64,000 nucleotides of DNA from Squalus acanthias (GCA_030390025.1 CM059452.1:17050001-17114000), one strand, 5' to 3'. Shown: positions 14,101 to 29,734, numbered from the stretch's first letter. Program-made: numbers and translations. Notes: generated from the sequence alone by a model not told the origin.

Positions 14101-17100
14101 CATAGGGACAACAAATACTGCCCACTCCCTGGGACAGCTCAGAGTCAGCCACTGAACATACCGCACTCACAGTGAGATCACACACTGCCCCCTCCCTGGG
14201 ACAGCTCAGAGTCAGACACTGAACACACTCCATCAACAGTGACATCACACACTGCCCCCTCCCTGGGACAGCTCAAGGTCAGACACTGAACAAACTGCAC
14301 ACACAGTGACATCACACAGTGTCCCCTCCCTGGGACAGCTCAGAGTCAGACACTGAACACACTGCACCCTTAGTGACATCACACACTGTACCTTACCTGG
14401 GACAGCTCACAGTCAGATACTGAACCGACTGCACCCACAGTGACATCACACACTGCCACCTCCCTGGGACAGCTCAGAGTCAGACACTGAACACACTGCA
14501 CCCACAGTGACATCACACACTGCCCCCTCCCTGGGACAGCTCAGAGTCAGACACTGAACACACTGCACCCACAGTGACATCACACACTGCCCCCTCCCTG
14601 GGACAGCTCAGAGTCAGACACTGAACAAACTGCACCCACAGTGACATCACACACTGCCCCCTCCCTGGGACAGCTCAGAGTCAGACACTGAACATACTGC
14701 ACCCACAGTGACATCACACACTGCCCCCTCCCTGGGACAGCTCAGAGTCAGACACTGAACATACTGCACCCACAGTGACATCACACACTGCCCCCTCCCT
14801 GGGACAGCTCAGGGTCAGACACTGAACATACTGCACCCACAGTGACATCACACACTGCCCCCTCCCTGGGACAGCTCAGAGTCAGACACTGAACACACTG
14901 CACCCACAGTGACATCACACACTGCCCCCTCCCTGGGACAGCTCAGAGTCAGACACTGAACATACTGCACCCACAGTGACATCACACACTGCCCCCTCCC
15001 TGGGACAGCTCAGAGTCAGACACTGAACACACTGCACCCACAGTGACATCACACACTGCCCCCTCCCTGGGACAGCTCAGAGTCAGACACTGAACACACT
15101 GCACCCACAGTGACATCACACACTGCCCCCTCCCTGGGACAGCTCAGAGTCAGACACTGAACATACTGCACCCACAGTGACATCACACACTGCCCCTCCC
15201 TGGGACAGCTCAGAGTCAGACACTGAACACACTGCACCCACAGTGACATCACACACTGCCCCCTCCCTGGGACAGCTCAGAGTCAGACACTGAACATACT
15301 GCACCCACAGTGACATCACACACTGCCCCCTCCCTGGGACAGCTCAGAGTCAGACACTGAACATACTGCACCCACAGTGACATCACACACTGCCCCCTCC
15401 CTGGGACAGCTCAGAGTCAGACACTGAACACACTGCACCCACAGTGACATCACACACTGCCCCCTCCCTGGGACAGCTCAGAGTCAGACACTGAACATAC
15501 TGCACCCACAGTGACATCACACACTGCCCCCTCCCTGGGACAGCTCAGAGTCAGACACTGAACACACTGCACCCACAGTGACATCACACACTGCCCCCTC
15601 CCTGGGACAGCTCAGAGTCAGACACTGAACAAACTGCACCCACAGTGACATCACACACTGCCCCCTCCCTGGGACAGCTCAGAGTCAGACACTGAACAAA
15701 CTGCACCCACAGTGACATCACACACTGCCCCCTCCCTGGGACAGCTCAGAGTCAGACACTGAACACACTGCACCCACAGTGACATCACACACTGCCCCCT
15801 CCCTGGGACAGCTCAGAGTCAGACACTGAACACACTGCACCCACAGTGACATCACACACTGCCCCCTCCCTGGGACAGCTCAGAGTCAGACACTGAACAC
15901 ACTGCACCCACAGTGACATCACACACTGCCCCCTCCCTGGGACAGCTCAGAGTCAGACACTGAACACACTGCACCCACAGTGACATCACACACTGCCCCC
16001 TCCCTGGGACAGCTCAGAGTCAGACACTGAACACACTGCACCCACAGTGACATCACACACTGCCCCCTCCCTGGGACAGCTCAGAGTCAGACACTGAACA
16101 CACTGCACCCACAGTGACATCACACACTGCCCCCTCCCTGGGACAGCTCAGAGTCAGACACTGAACACACTGCACCCACAGTGACATCACACACTGCCCC
16201 CTCCCTGGGACAGCTCAGAGTCAGACACTGAACACACTGCACCCACAGTGACATCACACACTGCCCCCTCCCTGGGACAGCTCAGAGTCAGACACTGAAC
16301 ATACTGCACCCACAGTGACATCACACACTGCCCCTCCCTGGGACAGCTCAGAGTCAGACACTGAACACACTGCACCCACAGTGACATCACACACTGCCCC
16401 CTCCCTGGGACAGCTCAGAGTCAGACACTGAACATACTGCACCCACAGTGACATCACACACTGCCCCCTCCCTGGGACAGCTCAGAGTCAGCCACTGATA
16501 TACAGCATCACAGTGACATCACACACTTCCCCGTCCCTGGGCAGCTCAGAGTCAGCCACTGACACACTGAACCCACAGTGAAATCACATACTGCCCCAGC
16601 CTGGGTAGCTCAGAGTCAGAAACTGAACATACTGCACCCACAGTGACATCACACACTGCCCCCTCCCTCGGACAGCTCAAGGTCAGACACTGACATACTG
16701 CACCACAGTGACATCACACACTGACCTCCTGGACAGCACAGGTCAGACACTGAAAATACTGCTACCACAGTGACATCACAAAATGCCCACTCCCTGGGCT
16801 GCTCAGGTTCACAGATAGAACATACTGCACCCACAGGGACATCACACACTGCCCCCTCCCTGGGGCTGCTCAGAGTCACACACTGAACACACTGCACCCA
16901 CAGTGACATCACACACTGTCCCCTCCTGGGACAGCTCAGAGTCAGACACTGAACACACTGCACCCACAGTGACATCACACACTGCCCCCTCCCTGGGACA
17001 GCTCAGAGTCAGACACTGAACACACTGCACCCACAGTGACATCACACACTGCCCCCTCCCTGGGACAGCTCAGAGTCAGACACTGAACACACTGCACCCA

Positions 17101-20100
17101 CAGTGACATCACACACTGCCCCCTCCCTGGGACAGCTCAGAGTCAGACACTGAACACACTGCACCCACAGTGACATCACACACTGCCCCCTCCCTGGGAC
17201 AGCTCAGAGTCAGACACTGAACATACTGCACCCACAGTGACATCACACACTGCCCCCTCCCTGGGACAGCTCAGAGTCAGACACTGAACATACTGCACCC
17301 ACAGTGACATCACACACTGCCCCCTCCCTGGGACAGCTCAGAGTCAGACACTGAACAAACTGCACCCACAGTGACATCACACACTGCCCCCTCCCTGGGA
17401 CAGCTCAGAGTCAGACACTGAACACACTGCACCCACAGTGACATCACACACTGCCCCCTCCCTGGGACAGCTCAGAGTCAGACACTGAACACACTGCACC
17501 CACAGTGACATCACACACTGCCCCCTCCCTGGGACAGCTCAGAGTCAGACACTGAACACACTGCACCCACAGTGACATCACACACTGCCCCCTCCCTGGG
17601 ACAGCTCAGAGTCAGACACTGAACACACTGCACCCACAGTGACATCACACACTGCCCCCTCCCTGGGACAGCTCAGAGTCAGACACTGAACACACTGCAC
17701 CCACAGTGACATCACACACTGCCCCCTCCCTGGGACAGCTCAGAGTCAGACACTGAACACACTGCACCCACAGTGACATCACACACTGCCCCCTCCCTGG
17801 GACAGCTCAGAGTCAGACACTGAACATACTGCACCCACAGTGACATCACACACTGCCCCCTCCCTGGGACAGCTCAGAGTCAGACACTGAACACACTGCA
17901 CCCACAGTGACATCACACACTGCCCCCTCCCTGGGACAGCTCAGAGTCAGACACTGAACACACTGCACCCACAGTGACATCACACACTGCCCCCTCCCTG
18001 GGACAGCTCAGAGTCAGACACTGAACACACTGCACCCACAGTGACATCACACACTGCCCCCTCCCTGGGACAGCTCAGAGTCAGACACTGAACACACTGC
18101 ACCCACAGTGACATCACACACTGCCCCCTCCCTGGGACAGCTCAGAGTCAGACACTGAACATACTGCACCCACAGTGACATCACACACTGCCCCCTCCCT
18201 GGGACAGCTCAGAGTCAGACACTGAACACACTGCACCCACAGTGACATCACACACTGCCCCCTCCCTGGGACAGCTCAGAGTCAGACACTGAACACACTG
18301 CACCCACAGTGACATCACACACTGCCCCCTCCCTGGGACAGCTCAGAGTCAGACACTGAACATACTGCACCCACAGTGACATCACACACTGCCCCCTCCC
18401 TGGGACAGCTCAGAGTCAGACACTGAACATACTGCACCCACAGTGACATCACACACTGCCCCTCCCTGGGGCAGCTCAGGGTCAGACAATGAATATACTG
18501 CACCGACAATAACTTCACATACTGCCCCCTGCCTGGGGTAGCTCAGAGTCAGACACGGAAAATACTGCACCCCACAGTAACATCAAACACTGTTCACTCC
18601 CTGAGGCAGCTAAGGGTCCGACAATGAACATGCTGTACCCCACAGGAACATCACACACTGCCCCCTCTCTGGGGCAGCTCATAATCAGACAATGAACATA
18701 CGGTGTCCACAGTGACTTAACAAACTTTCCCCTCCTTGGGGCAGATCAGAGTCAGACAATAAAAATATTGCACCCACAGTGACATCACACACTTCGCCCT
18801 CCCTGGGGAAGCTCAGGGTCAAACTCTAACCATACTGCACCCACAGTAACATCACACAATGTCCCCTCCCTGGGGCAGCTCAGGGTCAATCTACGAACAT
18901 ACTACAGACATAGGGACAACAAAAACTGCCCACTCCCTGGGACAGCTCAGAGTCAGCCACTGAACATACCGCACCCACAGTGAGATCACACACTGCCCCC
19001 TCCCTGGGACAGCTCAGAGTCAGACACTGAACACACTCCATCAACAGTGACATCACACACTGCCCCCTCCCTGGGACAGCTCAAGGTCAGACACTGAACA
19101 AACTGCACACACAGTGACATCACACAGTGTCCCCTCCCTGGGACAGCTCAGAGTCAGACACTGAACACACTGCACCCTTAGTGACATCACACACTGTACC
19201 TTACCTGGGACAGCTCACAGTCAGATACTGAACCGACTGCACCCACAGTGACATCACACACTGCCACCTCCCTGGGACAGCTCAGAGTCAGACAGTGAAC
19301 ACACTGCACCCACAGTGACATCACACACTGCCCCCTCCCTGGGACTGGCTCAGAGTCAGACAATGAACACACTGCACCCACAGTGACATCACACACTGCC
19401 CCCTCCCTGGGACAGCTCAGAGTCAGACACTGAACAAACCGCACCCACAGTGACATCACACACTGCCCCCTCCCTGGGACAGCTCAGAGTCAGACACTGA
19501 ACATACTGCACCCACAGTGACATCACACACTGCCCCCTCCCTGGGACAGCTCAGAGTCAGACACTGAACATACTGCACCCACAGTGACATCACACACTGC
19601 CCCCTCCCTGGGACAGCTCAGAGTCAGACACTGAACACACTGCACCCACAGTGACATCACACACTGCCCCCTCCCTGGGACAGCTCAGAGTCAGACACTG
19701 AACACACTGCACCCACAGTGACATCACACACTGCCCCCTCCCTGGGACAGCTCAGAGTCAGACACTGAACACACTGCACCCACAGTGACATCACACACTG
19801 CCCCCTCCCTGGGACAGCTCAGAGTCAGACACTGAACATACTGCACCCACAGTGACATCACACACTGCCCCCTCCCTGGGACAGCTCAGAGTCAGACACT
19901 GAACATACTGCACCCACAGTGACATCACACACTGCCCCCTCCCTGGGACAGCTCAGAGTCAGACACTGAACATACTGCACCCACAGTGACATCACACACT
20001 GCCCCCTCCTGGGACAGCTCAGAGTCAGACACTGACAATACTGCACCCACAGTGACATCACACACTGCCCCATCCCTGGGACAGCTCAGATCAGACACTG

Positions 20101-23100
20101 AACATACTGCACCCACAGTGACATCACACACTGCCCCCTCCCTGGGACAGCTCAGAGTCAGACACTGAACATACTGCACCCACAGTGACATCACACACTG
20201 CCCCCTCCCTGGGACAGCTCAGAGTCAGACACTGAACATACTGCACCCACAGTGACATCACACACTGCCCCCTCCCTGGGACAGCTCAGAGTCAGACACT
20301 GAACACACTGCACCCACAGTGACATCACACACTGCCCCCTCCCTGGGACAGCTCAGAGTCAGACACTGAACATACTGCACCCACAGTGACATCACACACT
20401 GCCCCCTCCCTGGGACAGCTCAGAGTCAGACACTGAACACACTGCACCCACAGTGACATCACACACTGCCCCCTCCCTGGGACAGCTCAGTGTCAGACAC
20501 TGGACATTCTGCACCCGCAGTGACATCACACACTGCCCCCTCCCTGGGACAGCTCAGTGTCAGACACTGAATATACTGCACCCACAGTGACATCACACAC
20601 TGCCCCCTCCCTGGGACAGCTCAGAGTCAGACACTGAATACACTGCACCAACAGTGACATCACACACTGCCCCCTCCCTAGGGCAGCTCAGAGTCAGACA
20701 CTGAACACACTGCACCCACAGTGACATCACACACTGCCCCCTCCCTGGGACAGCTCAGGGTCAGACATTGAACATACCGCACTCACAGTGATATGACACA
20801 TTGCCCACTCCCTGGGGCAGCTCAGATCCAGACAATGAACATACTGCACCCCACAGTGAGATCACACACTTCCACCTCCCTGGGGCAGCTCAGGGACAGG
20901 CACTGAACATACTGCACCCCACAGTGAGATCCCACACTGTCCCCTCCCTGGGGCAGCACAGAGTCAGACAGTGAACCTACAGCACCCACGGTAACATCAC
21001 AAACTGCCCACTCCCTGGGGCAGCTTAGAGTCAGTCACTTATCATATTGCATCCACAGGGACATCAAACACTAAAACTCCTTGGGGCAGCAGAAAAAAGT
21101 CAGACACTGAATAACTTGCAACCCACAGTGACATCACAAAATTCCCAGTCCCTGGGGCTGCTCAGGTTCACAGATAGAACATACTGCACCCACAGGGACA
21201 TCACCCACTGCCCCCTCCCTGGGGCTGCTCAGAGTCAGACACTGAACACACTGCACCCACAGTGACATCACGCACTGCCCCCTCCCTGGGACAGCTCAGA
21301 GTCAGACACTGAACACACTGCACCCACAGTGACATCACACACTGCCCCCTCCCTGGGGCAGCTCAGAGTCAGACACTGAACACACTGCACCCAAAGGGAC
21401 ATCACACACTGCCCCCTCCTTGGGGCAGCTCAGAGTCAGACACTGAACACAGTGCAGCCCACAGTGACATCACACACTGCCCCCTCCCTGGGACAGCTCA
21501 GAGTCAGACACTGAACAAACTGCACCACAGTGACATCACACACTGCCCCTCCCTGGGACAGCTCAGAGTCAGACACTGAACACACTGCACCCACAGTGAC
21601 ATCACACACTGCCCCCTCCCTGGGACAGCTCAGAGTCAGACACTGAACACACTGCACCCACAGTGACATCACACACTGCCCCCTCCCTGGGACAGCTCAG
21701 AGTCAGACACTGAACACACTGCACCCACAGTGACATCACACACTGCCCCCTCCCTGGGCAGCTCAGAGTCAGACACTGAACATACTGCACCCACAGTGAC
21801 ATCACACACTGCCCCCTCCCTGGGACAGCTCAGAGTCAGACACTGAACACACTGCACCCACAGTGACATCACACACTGCCCCCTCCCTGGGACAGCTCAG
21901 GGTCAGACACTGAACACACTGCACCCACAGTGACATCACACACTGCCCCCTCCCTGGGACAGCTCAGAGTCAGACACTGAACATACTGCACCCACAGTGA
22001 CATCACACACTGCTCCCACCCTGGGGCAGCTCAGAGTCAGACACTGAACATACTGCACCCCACAGTGGGATCATACACTGCCCCCTCCCTGGGGCAGCTC
22101 AGTGTCAGACACTGAACATGCTGTAGTCCACAGGAACATCACACAATGCCCCCTCTCTGGGGCAGCTCTTTATCAGACACTGAACATACTGTACCCACAG
22201 TGACATCAAAAACATTCCACTCCTTGCGGCACCTCAGAGTGAAACATTGACAATACTGCACCCACAGTAACATCACACAGTGTCCCCTCCCTGGGGCATC
22301 TCAGGATCAGTCTATGAACATACTTCAACCATAGCGACATCAGACACTGCCCCCTCCCTGGGACAGCTCAGAGTCAGAAAACTGAATATACTGCACCAAG
22401 AGTGAAATCAAACACTTCCCCCTCCTTGGGACAGCTCAGAGTCAGACACTGAACATACTGCACCCACAGTGACATCACACACTGCCCCCTCCCTGGGACA
22501 GCTCAGAGTCAGACACTGAACATACTGCACCCACAGTGACATCACACACTGCCCCCTCCCTGGGACAGCTCAGAGTCAGACACTGAACACACTGCACCCA
22601 CAGTGACATCACACACTGCCCCCTCCCTGGGACAGCTCAGGTCAGACACTGAACACACTGCACCCACAGTGACATCACACACTGCCCCCTCCCTGGGACA
22701 GCTCAGAGTCAGACACTGAACACACTGCACCCACAGTGACATCACACACTGCCCCCTCCCTGGGACAGCTCAGGGTCAGACACTGAACATACTGCACCCA
22801 CAGTGACATCACACACTGCCCCCTCCCTGGGACAGCTCAGAGTCAGACACTGAACATACTGCACCCACAGTGAGATCACACACTGCCCCGTCCCTGGGGA
22901 CAGCTCAGGGACAGACACTGAACATACTGCACCCACAGTGACATCACACACTGTCCCCTCCCTGGGGCAGCACAGAGTCAGACAGTGAACCTACAGCACC
23001 CACAGTGACATCACACACTGCCCGCTCCCTGGGCCAGCTCAGAGTCAGTCACTTATCATATTGCATCCACAGGGACATCAAACACTAAAACTCCTTGGGG

Positions 23101-26100
23101 CAGAAGAAAAAAGTCATAATCTGAATATACTGCAACCCACAGTGACATCACACACAGTCCCCTCCCTGGGGGTGCTTATTATCAGACACTGAACATACTG
23201 TACCCGCTGTGACATCATACACTTCCCCTTCCCTGGGGCAGCACAGAGTCAGACACAGATATATTGCATTCACAGTGAAATCACAAACTTCCCCTTCCCT
23301 GGGGCAGCACAGTTCCGCCACTGACAATAGTGCACCCACAGTAAATTCACATACTGCCCCCATTCTGGGGTAGCTCAGAATCAGAAACTGAACATACTGT
23401 CCCACAGTGACATCACACACTGCCCCCTCCCTCGGACAGCTCAAGGTCAGACACTTTACATACTGCACCCACAGTGACATCACACACTGCCCCCTCCCTG
23501 GGACAGCTCAGAGTCAGACACTGAACACACTGCACCCACAGTGACATCACACACTGCCCCCTCCCTGGGACAGCTCAGAGTCAGACACTGAACACACTGC
23601 ACCCACAGTGACATCACACACTGCCCCCTCCCTGGGACAGCTCAGAGTCAGACACTGAACACACTGCACCCACAGTGACATCACACACTGCCCCCTCCCT
23701 GGGACAGCTCAGAGTCAGACACTGAACACACTGCACCCACAGTGACATCACACACTGCCCCCTCCCTGGGACAGCTCAGAGTCAGACACTGAACACACTG
23801 CACCCACAGTGACATCACACACTGCCCCCTCCCTGGGACAGCTCAGAGTCAGACACTGAACATACTGCACCCACAGTGACATCACACACTGCCCCCTCCC
23901 TGGGACAGCTCAGAGTCAGACACTGAACATACTGCACCCACAGTGACATCACACACTGCCCCCTCCCTGGGACAGCTCTTTATCAGACACTGAACATACT
24001 GTACCCACAGTGACAGCAAAAACATTCCCCTCCTTGCGGCACCTCAGGGTGAAACATTGACAGTACTGCACCCACAGTAAAATTACACAGTGTCCCCTCC
24101 CTGGGGCATCTCAGGATTTGTCTATGAACATACTTTACCCACAGGGACATCACACACTGCCCCCTCCCTGGGAACAGCTCAGAGTCAGAAAACTGAATAT
24201 ACTGCACCAAGAGTGAAATCAAACACTTCCCCCTCCTTGGGACAGCTCAGAGTCAGACACTGAACATACTGCACCCACAGTGACATCACACACTGCCCCC
24301 TCCCTGGGACAGCTCAGAGTCAGACACTGAACAAACTGCACCCACAGTGACATCACACACTGCCCCCTCCCTGGGGAAGATCAGGGTCAGACACTGAACA
24401 TACTGCACACACAGTGACATCACACACTGCCCACTCCCTGGGACAGCTCAGAGTCAGACACTGAACACACTGCTCCCACAGTGACATCACACACTGCCCC
24501 CTCCCTGGGACAGCTCAGAGTCAGACACTGAACATACTGCACCCACAGTGACATCACACACTGCCCCCTCCCCGGGACAGCTCAGTGTCAGTCACTGAAC
24601 ATACTGCACCCACAGTGACATCACACACTGTCCCCTTCCTGGGACAGCTCAGAGTCAGACACTGAACACACTGCACCCACAGTGAGATCACACACTGCCC
24701 CCTCCTTGGGGCAGCTCAGAGTCAGAAACTGAACATACTGCACCAAGAGTGAAATCAAACACTTCCCCCTCCTGGGACAGCTCAGAGTCAGACACTGAAC
24801 ATACTGCACCCACAGTGACATCACACACTGCCCCCTCCCTGGGACAGCTCAGAGTCAGACACTGAACAAACTGCACCCACAGTGACATCACACACTGCCC
24901 CCTCCCTGGGACAGCTCAGGGTCAGACACTGAACATACTGCACACACAGTGACATCACACACTGCCCCCTCCCTGGGACAGCTCAGAGTCAGACACTGAA
25001 CACACTGCACCCACAGTGACATCACACACTGCCCCCTCCCTGGGACAGCTCAGAGTCAGACACTGAACATACTGCACCCACAGTGACATCACACACTGCC
25101 CCCTCCCTGGGACAGCTCAGTGTCAGACACTGAACATACTGCACCCACAGTGACATCACACACTGTCCCCTCCCTGGGACAGCTCAGAGTCAGACACTGA
25201 ACACACTGCACCCACAGTGACATCACACACTGCCCCCTCCCTGGGCAGCTCAGAGTCAGACACTGAACATACTGCACCCACAGTGACATCACACACTGCC
25301 CCCTGCTGGGACAGCTCAGTGTCAGTCACTGAACATACCGCACCCACAGTGACATCACACACTGTCCCCTCCCTGGGACAGCTCAGAGTCAGACACTGAA
25401 CACACTGCACCCACAGTGAGATCACACACTGCCCCCTCCTTGGGACAGCTCAGAGTCAGACACTGAACATACTGCACCCACAGTGACATCACACACTGCC
25501 CCCTCCCTGGGACAGCTCAGTGTCAGACACTGAACATACCGCACCCACAGTGACATCACACACTGCCCCCTCCCTGGGACAGCTCAGAGTCAGACACTGA
25601 ATACACTGCACCCACAGTGACATCACACACTGCCCCCTCCCTGGGACAGCTCAGAGTCAGACACTGAACACACTGCACCCAAAGTGACATCACACACTGC
25701 CCCCTCCCTGGGGCAGCTCAGAGTCAGACACTGAACATACTGCACCCACAGTGACATCACACACTGCCCCTTCCCTGGGACAGCTCAGAGTCAGACACTG
25801 AACACACTGCACCCACAGCGACATCACACACTGCCCCCTCACTGGGACAGCTCAGAGTCAGACCCTGAACACAGTGCACCCACAGTGACATCACACACTG
25901 CCCCCTGCTGGAACAGCTTAGAGTCTGACACTGAACATGCTGCACCCGCAGTGACATCACACACTGCCCCTCCCTGCGACAGCTCAGAGTCAGACACTGA
26001 GCACACTGCACCCACAGTGACATCACACACTGCGCCCTCCCTGGGACAGCTCAGTGTCAGACACTGAACATACCGCACCCACAGTGACATCACACACTGT

Positions 26101-29100
26101 CCCCTCCCTGGGACAGCTCAGAGTCAGACACTGAACACACTGCACCCACAGTGAGATCACACACTGCCCCATCCATGGGGCAGCTCAGAGTAAGACACTG
26201 AACACACTGCACCCACAGTGACATCACACACTGCCCCCTCCCTGGGGCAGCTCAGAGTCAGACACTGAACACACTGCACCGACAGTGAGATCACACACTG
26301 CCCCCTCCTTGGGGAAGCTCAGAGTCAGACACTGAACACACTGCACCCACAGTGACATCACACACTGCCCCCTCCCTGGGGCAGCTCAGGGTCAGACACT
26401 GAACATACTGCACCCACAGTGACATCACACTCAGCCCCCTCCCTGGGACAGCTCAGAGTCAGACACTGAACACACTGCAACCACAGTGACATCACACACT
26501 GCCCCCTGCTGGGACAGCTCAGAGTCAGACACTGAACATACTGCACCCGCAGTGACATCACACACTGCCCCCTCCCTGGGACAGCTCAGTGTCAGACACT
26601 GAACATACTGCACCCACAGTGACATCACACACTGCCCCCTCCCTGGGACAGCTCAGAGTCAGACCCTGAACATACAGCACCGACAGGGACAACACACTGA
26701 AACTCCCTGTGGCAGCAAACAGTCAGACACAGAATATTCTGCAATCACAGTGACATCACAGAATTCCCACTCCCTGGGGCTGCTTACGTTCAGAGAATGA
26801 ACATACTGCACCCGCAGTGACATCACACACTGCCCCCTCCCTGGGACAGCTCATAGTCAGACACTGAACATACTGCACCCGCAGTGACATCACACACTGC
26901 CCCCTCCCTGGGACAGCTCAGTGTCAGACACTGAACATACCGCACCCACAGTGACATCACACACTGTCCCCTCCCTGGGACAGCTCAGAGTCAGACACTG
27001 AACACACTGCACCTACAGTGAGATCACACACTGCCCCCTTCTTGGTGCAGCTCAGAGTCAGACACTGAACAAACTGCACCCCACAGTGACATCACACACT
27101 GCCCCTTCCCTGGGGCAGCTCAGATTCAGACACTGAACACAATGCACCCACAGTGACATCACACACTGCCCCCTCCCTGGGGCAGCTCAGGGTCAGACAC
27201 TGAATATACTGCACCCACAGTGACATCACACTCTGCCCCCTCCCTGGGACAGCTCAGAGTCAGACACTGAACACACTGCACCCACAGTGACATCACACAC
27301 TGCCCCCTGCTGGGACAGCTCAGAGTCAGACACTGAACATACTGCACCCGCAGTGACATCACACACTGCCCCCTCCCTGGGACAGCTCAGTGTCAGACAC
27401 TGAAGATACTGCACCCACAGTGACATCACACACTGCCCCCTCCATGGGACAGCTCAGAGTCAGACCCTGAACATACAGCACCGACAGGGACAACAAACTG
27501 AAACTCCCTGTGGCAGCAAACAGTCAGACACAGAATATTCTGCAATCACAGTGACATCACAGAATTCCCACTCCCTGGGGCTGCTTACGTTCAGAGAATG
27601 AACATACTGCACCCACAGGGACATCACACACAGCCCCCTCCCTGGGGCTGCTCAGAGTCAGACACTGAACATACTGGACCCAGAGTGACATCACACACTG
27701 CCCCCTCCCTGGGACAGCTCCGAGTCAGACACTGAACACACTGCACCCACAGTGACATCACACACTGCCCCATCCCTGGGACAGCTCATAGTCAGACACT
27801 GAACATACTGCACCCGCAGTGACATCACACACTGCCCCCTCCCTGGGACAGCTCAGTGTCAGACACTGAACATACCGCACCCACAGTGACATCACACACT
27901 GTCCCCTCCCTGGGACAGCTCAGAGTCAGACACTGAACACACTGCACTACAGTGAGATCACACACTGCCCCCTTCTTGGTGCAGCTCAGAGTCAGACACT
28001 GAACAAACTGCACCCCACAGTGACATCACACACTGCCCCCTCCCTGGGGCAGCTCAGATTCAGACACTGAACACAATGCACCCACAGTGACATCACACAC
28101 TGCCCCCTCCCTGGGACATCTCAGAGTCAGACACTGAACATATTGCACCCACAGGGACATCACACACTGAAACTCCCTGGGGCAGCAAACAGTCAGACAC
28201 AGAATATACAGCATCCACAGTGACATCACACAATTCCCACTCCCTGGGGCTGCTTAGGTGCAGAGAATGAACATACTGCAACCACATGGACACCACACAC
28301 TGCCCCCTCCCTGGGGCAGCTCAGAGTCAGACACTGAACATACTGGACCCAGAGTGACATCACCAACTTATCACTCCCTGGGGCCGCTCAGAGTCAGACA
28401 CTGAACATACTGCAACCACAGTGACATCACACAATTCCCACTCCCTGGGGCTGCTTAGCTTCAGAGAATGAACATACTGCACCCACAGTGACATCACACA
28501 CTGACCCCTTCCTGGGGCAGCTCATTATCAGACACTGAACATACTGTACCCGCTGTGACATCATACACTTCCCCTTCCCTGGGGCAGCACCGAGTCAGAC
28601 ACAGATATACTGCATTCACAGTGAAATCACACACTTCCCCTTCCCTGGGGCAGCACCGTTCAGCCACTGACAGTACTGCACCCACAGTAAATTCACATAC
28701 TGCCCCCACCCTGGGGTAGCTCAAAATCAGAAACTGAACATACTGCATCCTCAGTGACATCACACACTGCCCCCTCCCTCGGACAGCTCAGAGTCAGACA
28801 CTGAACATACTGCACCCACAGTGACATCACACACTGCCACAGCCCTGGGGCAGCTGAGAATCAGACACTGAACACACTGCACCCACAGTGACATCACACA
28901 CTGCCCCCTCCCTGGGACAGCTCAGAGTCAGACACTGAACACACTGCACCCACAGTGACATCACACACTGCCCCCTCCCTGGGGCAGCTCAGGTTCAGAC
29001 ACTGAACATACTGCACCCACAGGGACATCACACACTGAAACTCCCTGGGGCAGCAAACAGTCAGACACAGAATATACTGCAACCACAGTAACATCACACA

Positions 29101-29585
29101 ATTCCCACACCCTGGGGCTGCTCAGGTTCAGAGAATGAACATACTGCACCCACAGCGACATCACACACTGACCCCTCCCTGGGTCATCTCAGGGACAGAC
29201 ACTGAACATACTGCACCAAAAGTGACATCACACACTTGCCCCTCCCTGGGGCAGCACAGAGTCAGACAGTGAACATACAGCACCCACAGTGACATCACAC
29301 ACGGCCCCCTCCCTTGGTCAGCACTTTTCATACACTGAAAACACTGCAACTCACAGGGACTCACACACTGCCTCTCCCTGGGGCAGCTCAGAATCAGACA
29401 CTTAGCATATTGCACCCCAAGGGGACATCAAAGATTGCCCCTCCCTGGGGCAGCTCAGGGTCAGACACTGAACACACTGCACCCCAAAAGACATCACAAA
29501 CTGTCCCCTCCCTGGGGCAGCTCAGTGTCATACAGTGAATATACTGCATCCTATAGAGGATGCACAAACTGCCCCTCCCTGGGGG
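2188..29585. repeat. 67-bp satellite array (~390 units) with higher-order block duplications
   Basis: Consensus CAGCTCAGAGTCAGACACTGAACAYACTGCACCCACAGTGACATCACACACTGCCCCCTCCCTGGGA; the 67-bp period is visible directly and in ORF offsets (3177/3244, 12908/12975). Confidence 0.98.
11227..12447 (-). mobile_element. 5'-truncated CR1-type LINE (RT C-terminus + 3' UTR) inserted into the 67-bp satellite
   Basis: SGVPQGSVLG, SKFADDTK, RPHLEYCIQFW, RRMRGDLIETYKI, FFTQRVVGLWN motifs; microsatellite-like tail at ~11227-11250. Confidence 0.95.
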
Positions 29586-29734
29586 AGTCACTGCTTGAGG
29601 GACTGAAGCCATAATAGGAACTTCTCCCCATCTTCTGGTTATGATACCTGTAGATTCTGACTCTGGCGGGGGCAAACATTCTTAACGACTATTATGAATT
29701 CCCACCACAAACTCAGGAAATGTGCTCCTCTTAC

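Noticed and set aside
2188-29585. Array of functional RSSs
   Set aside because: CACAGTG is followed at 12 and 23 nt by GCCCCCTCC and GGGACAGCT, not an A-rich nonamer
2513-29675. Dozens of Cys/Val-rich ORFs (MMSLWVQ..., CPREGAVCDVTVG)
   Set aside because: Translations of the 67-bp satellite; the period is not a multiple of 3 and stops recur in every frame
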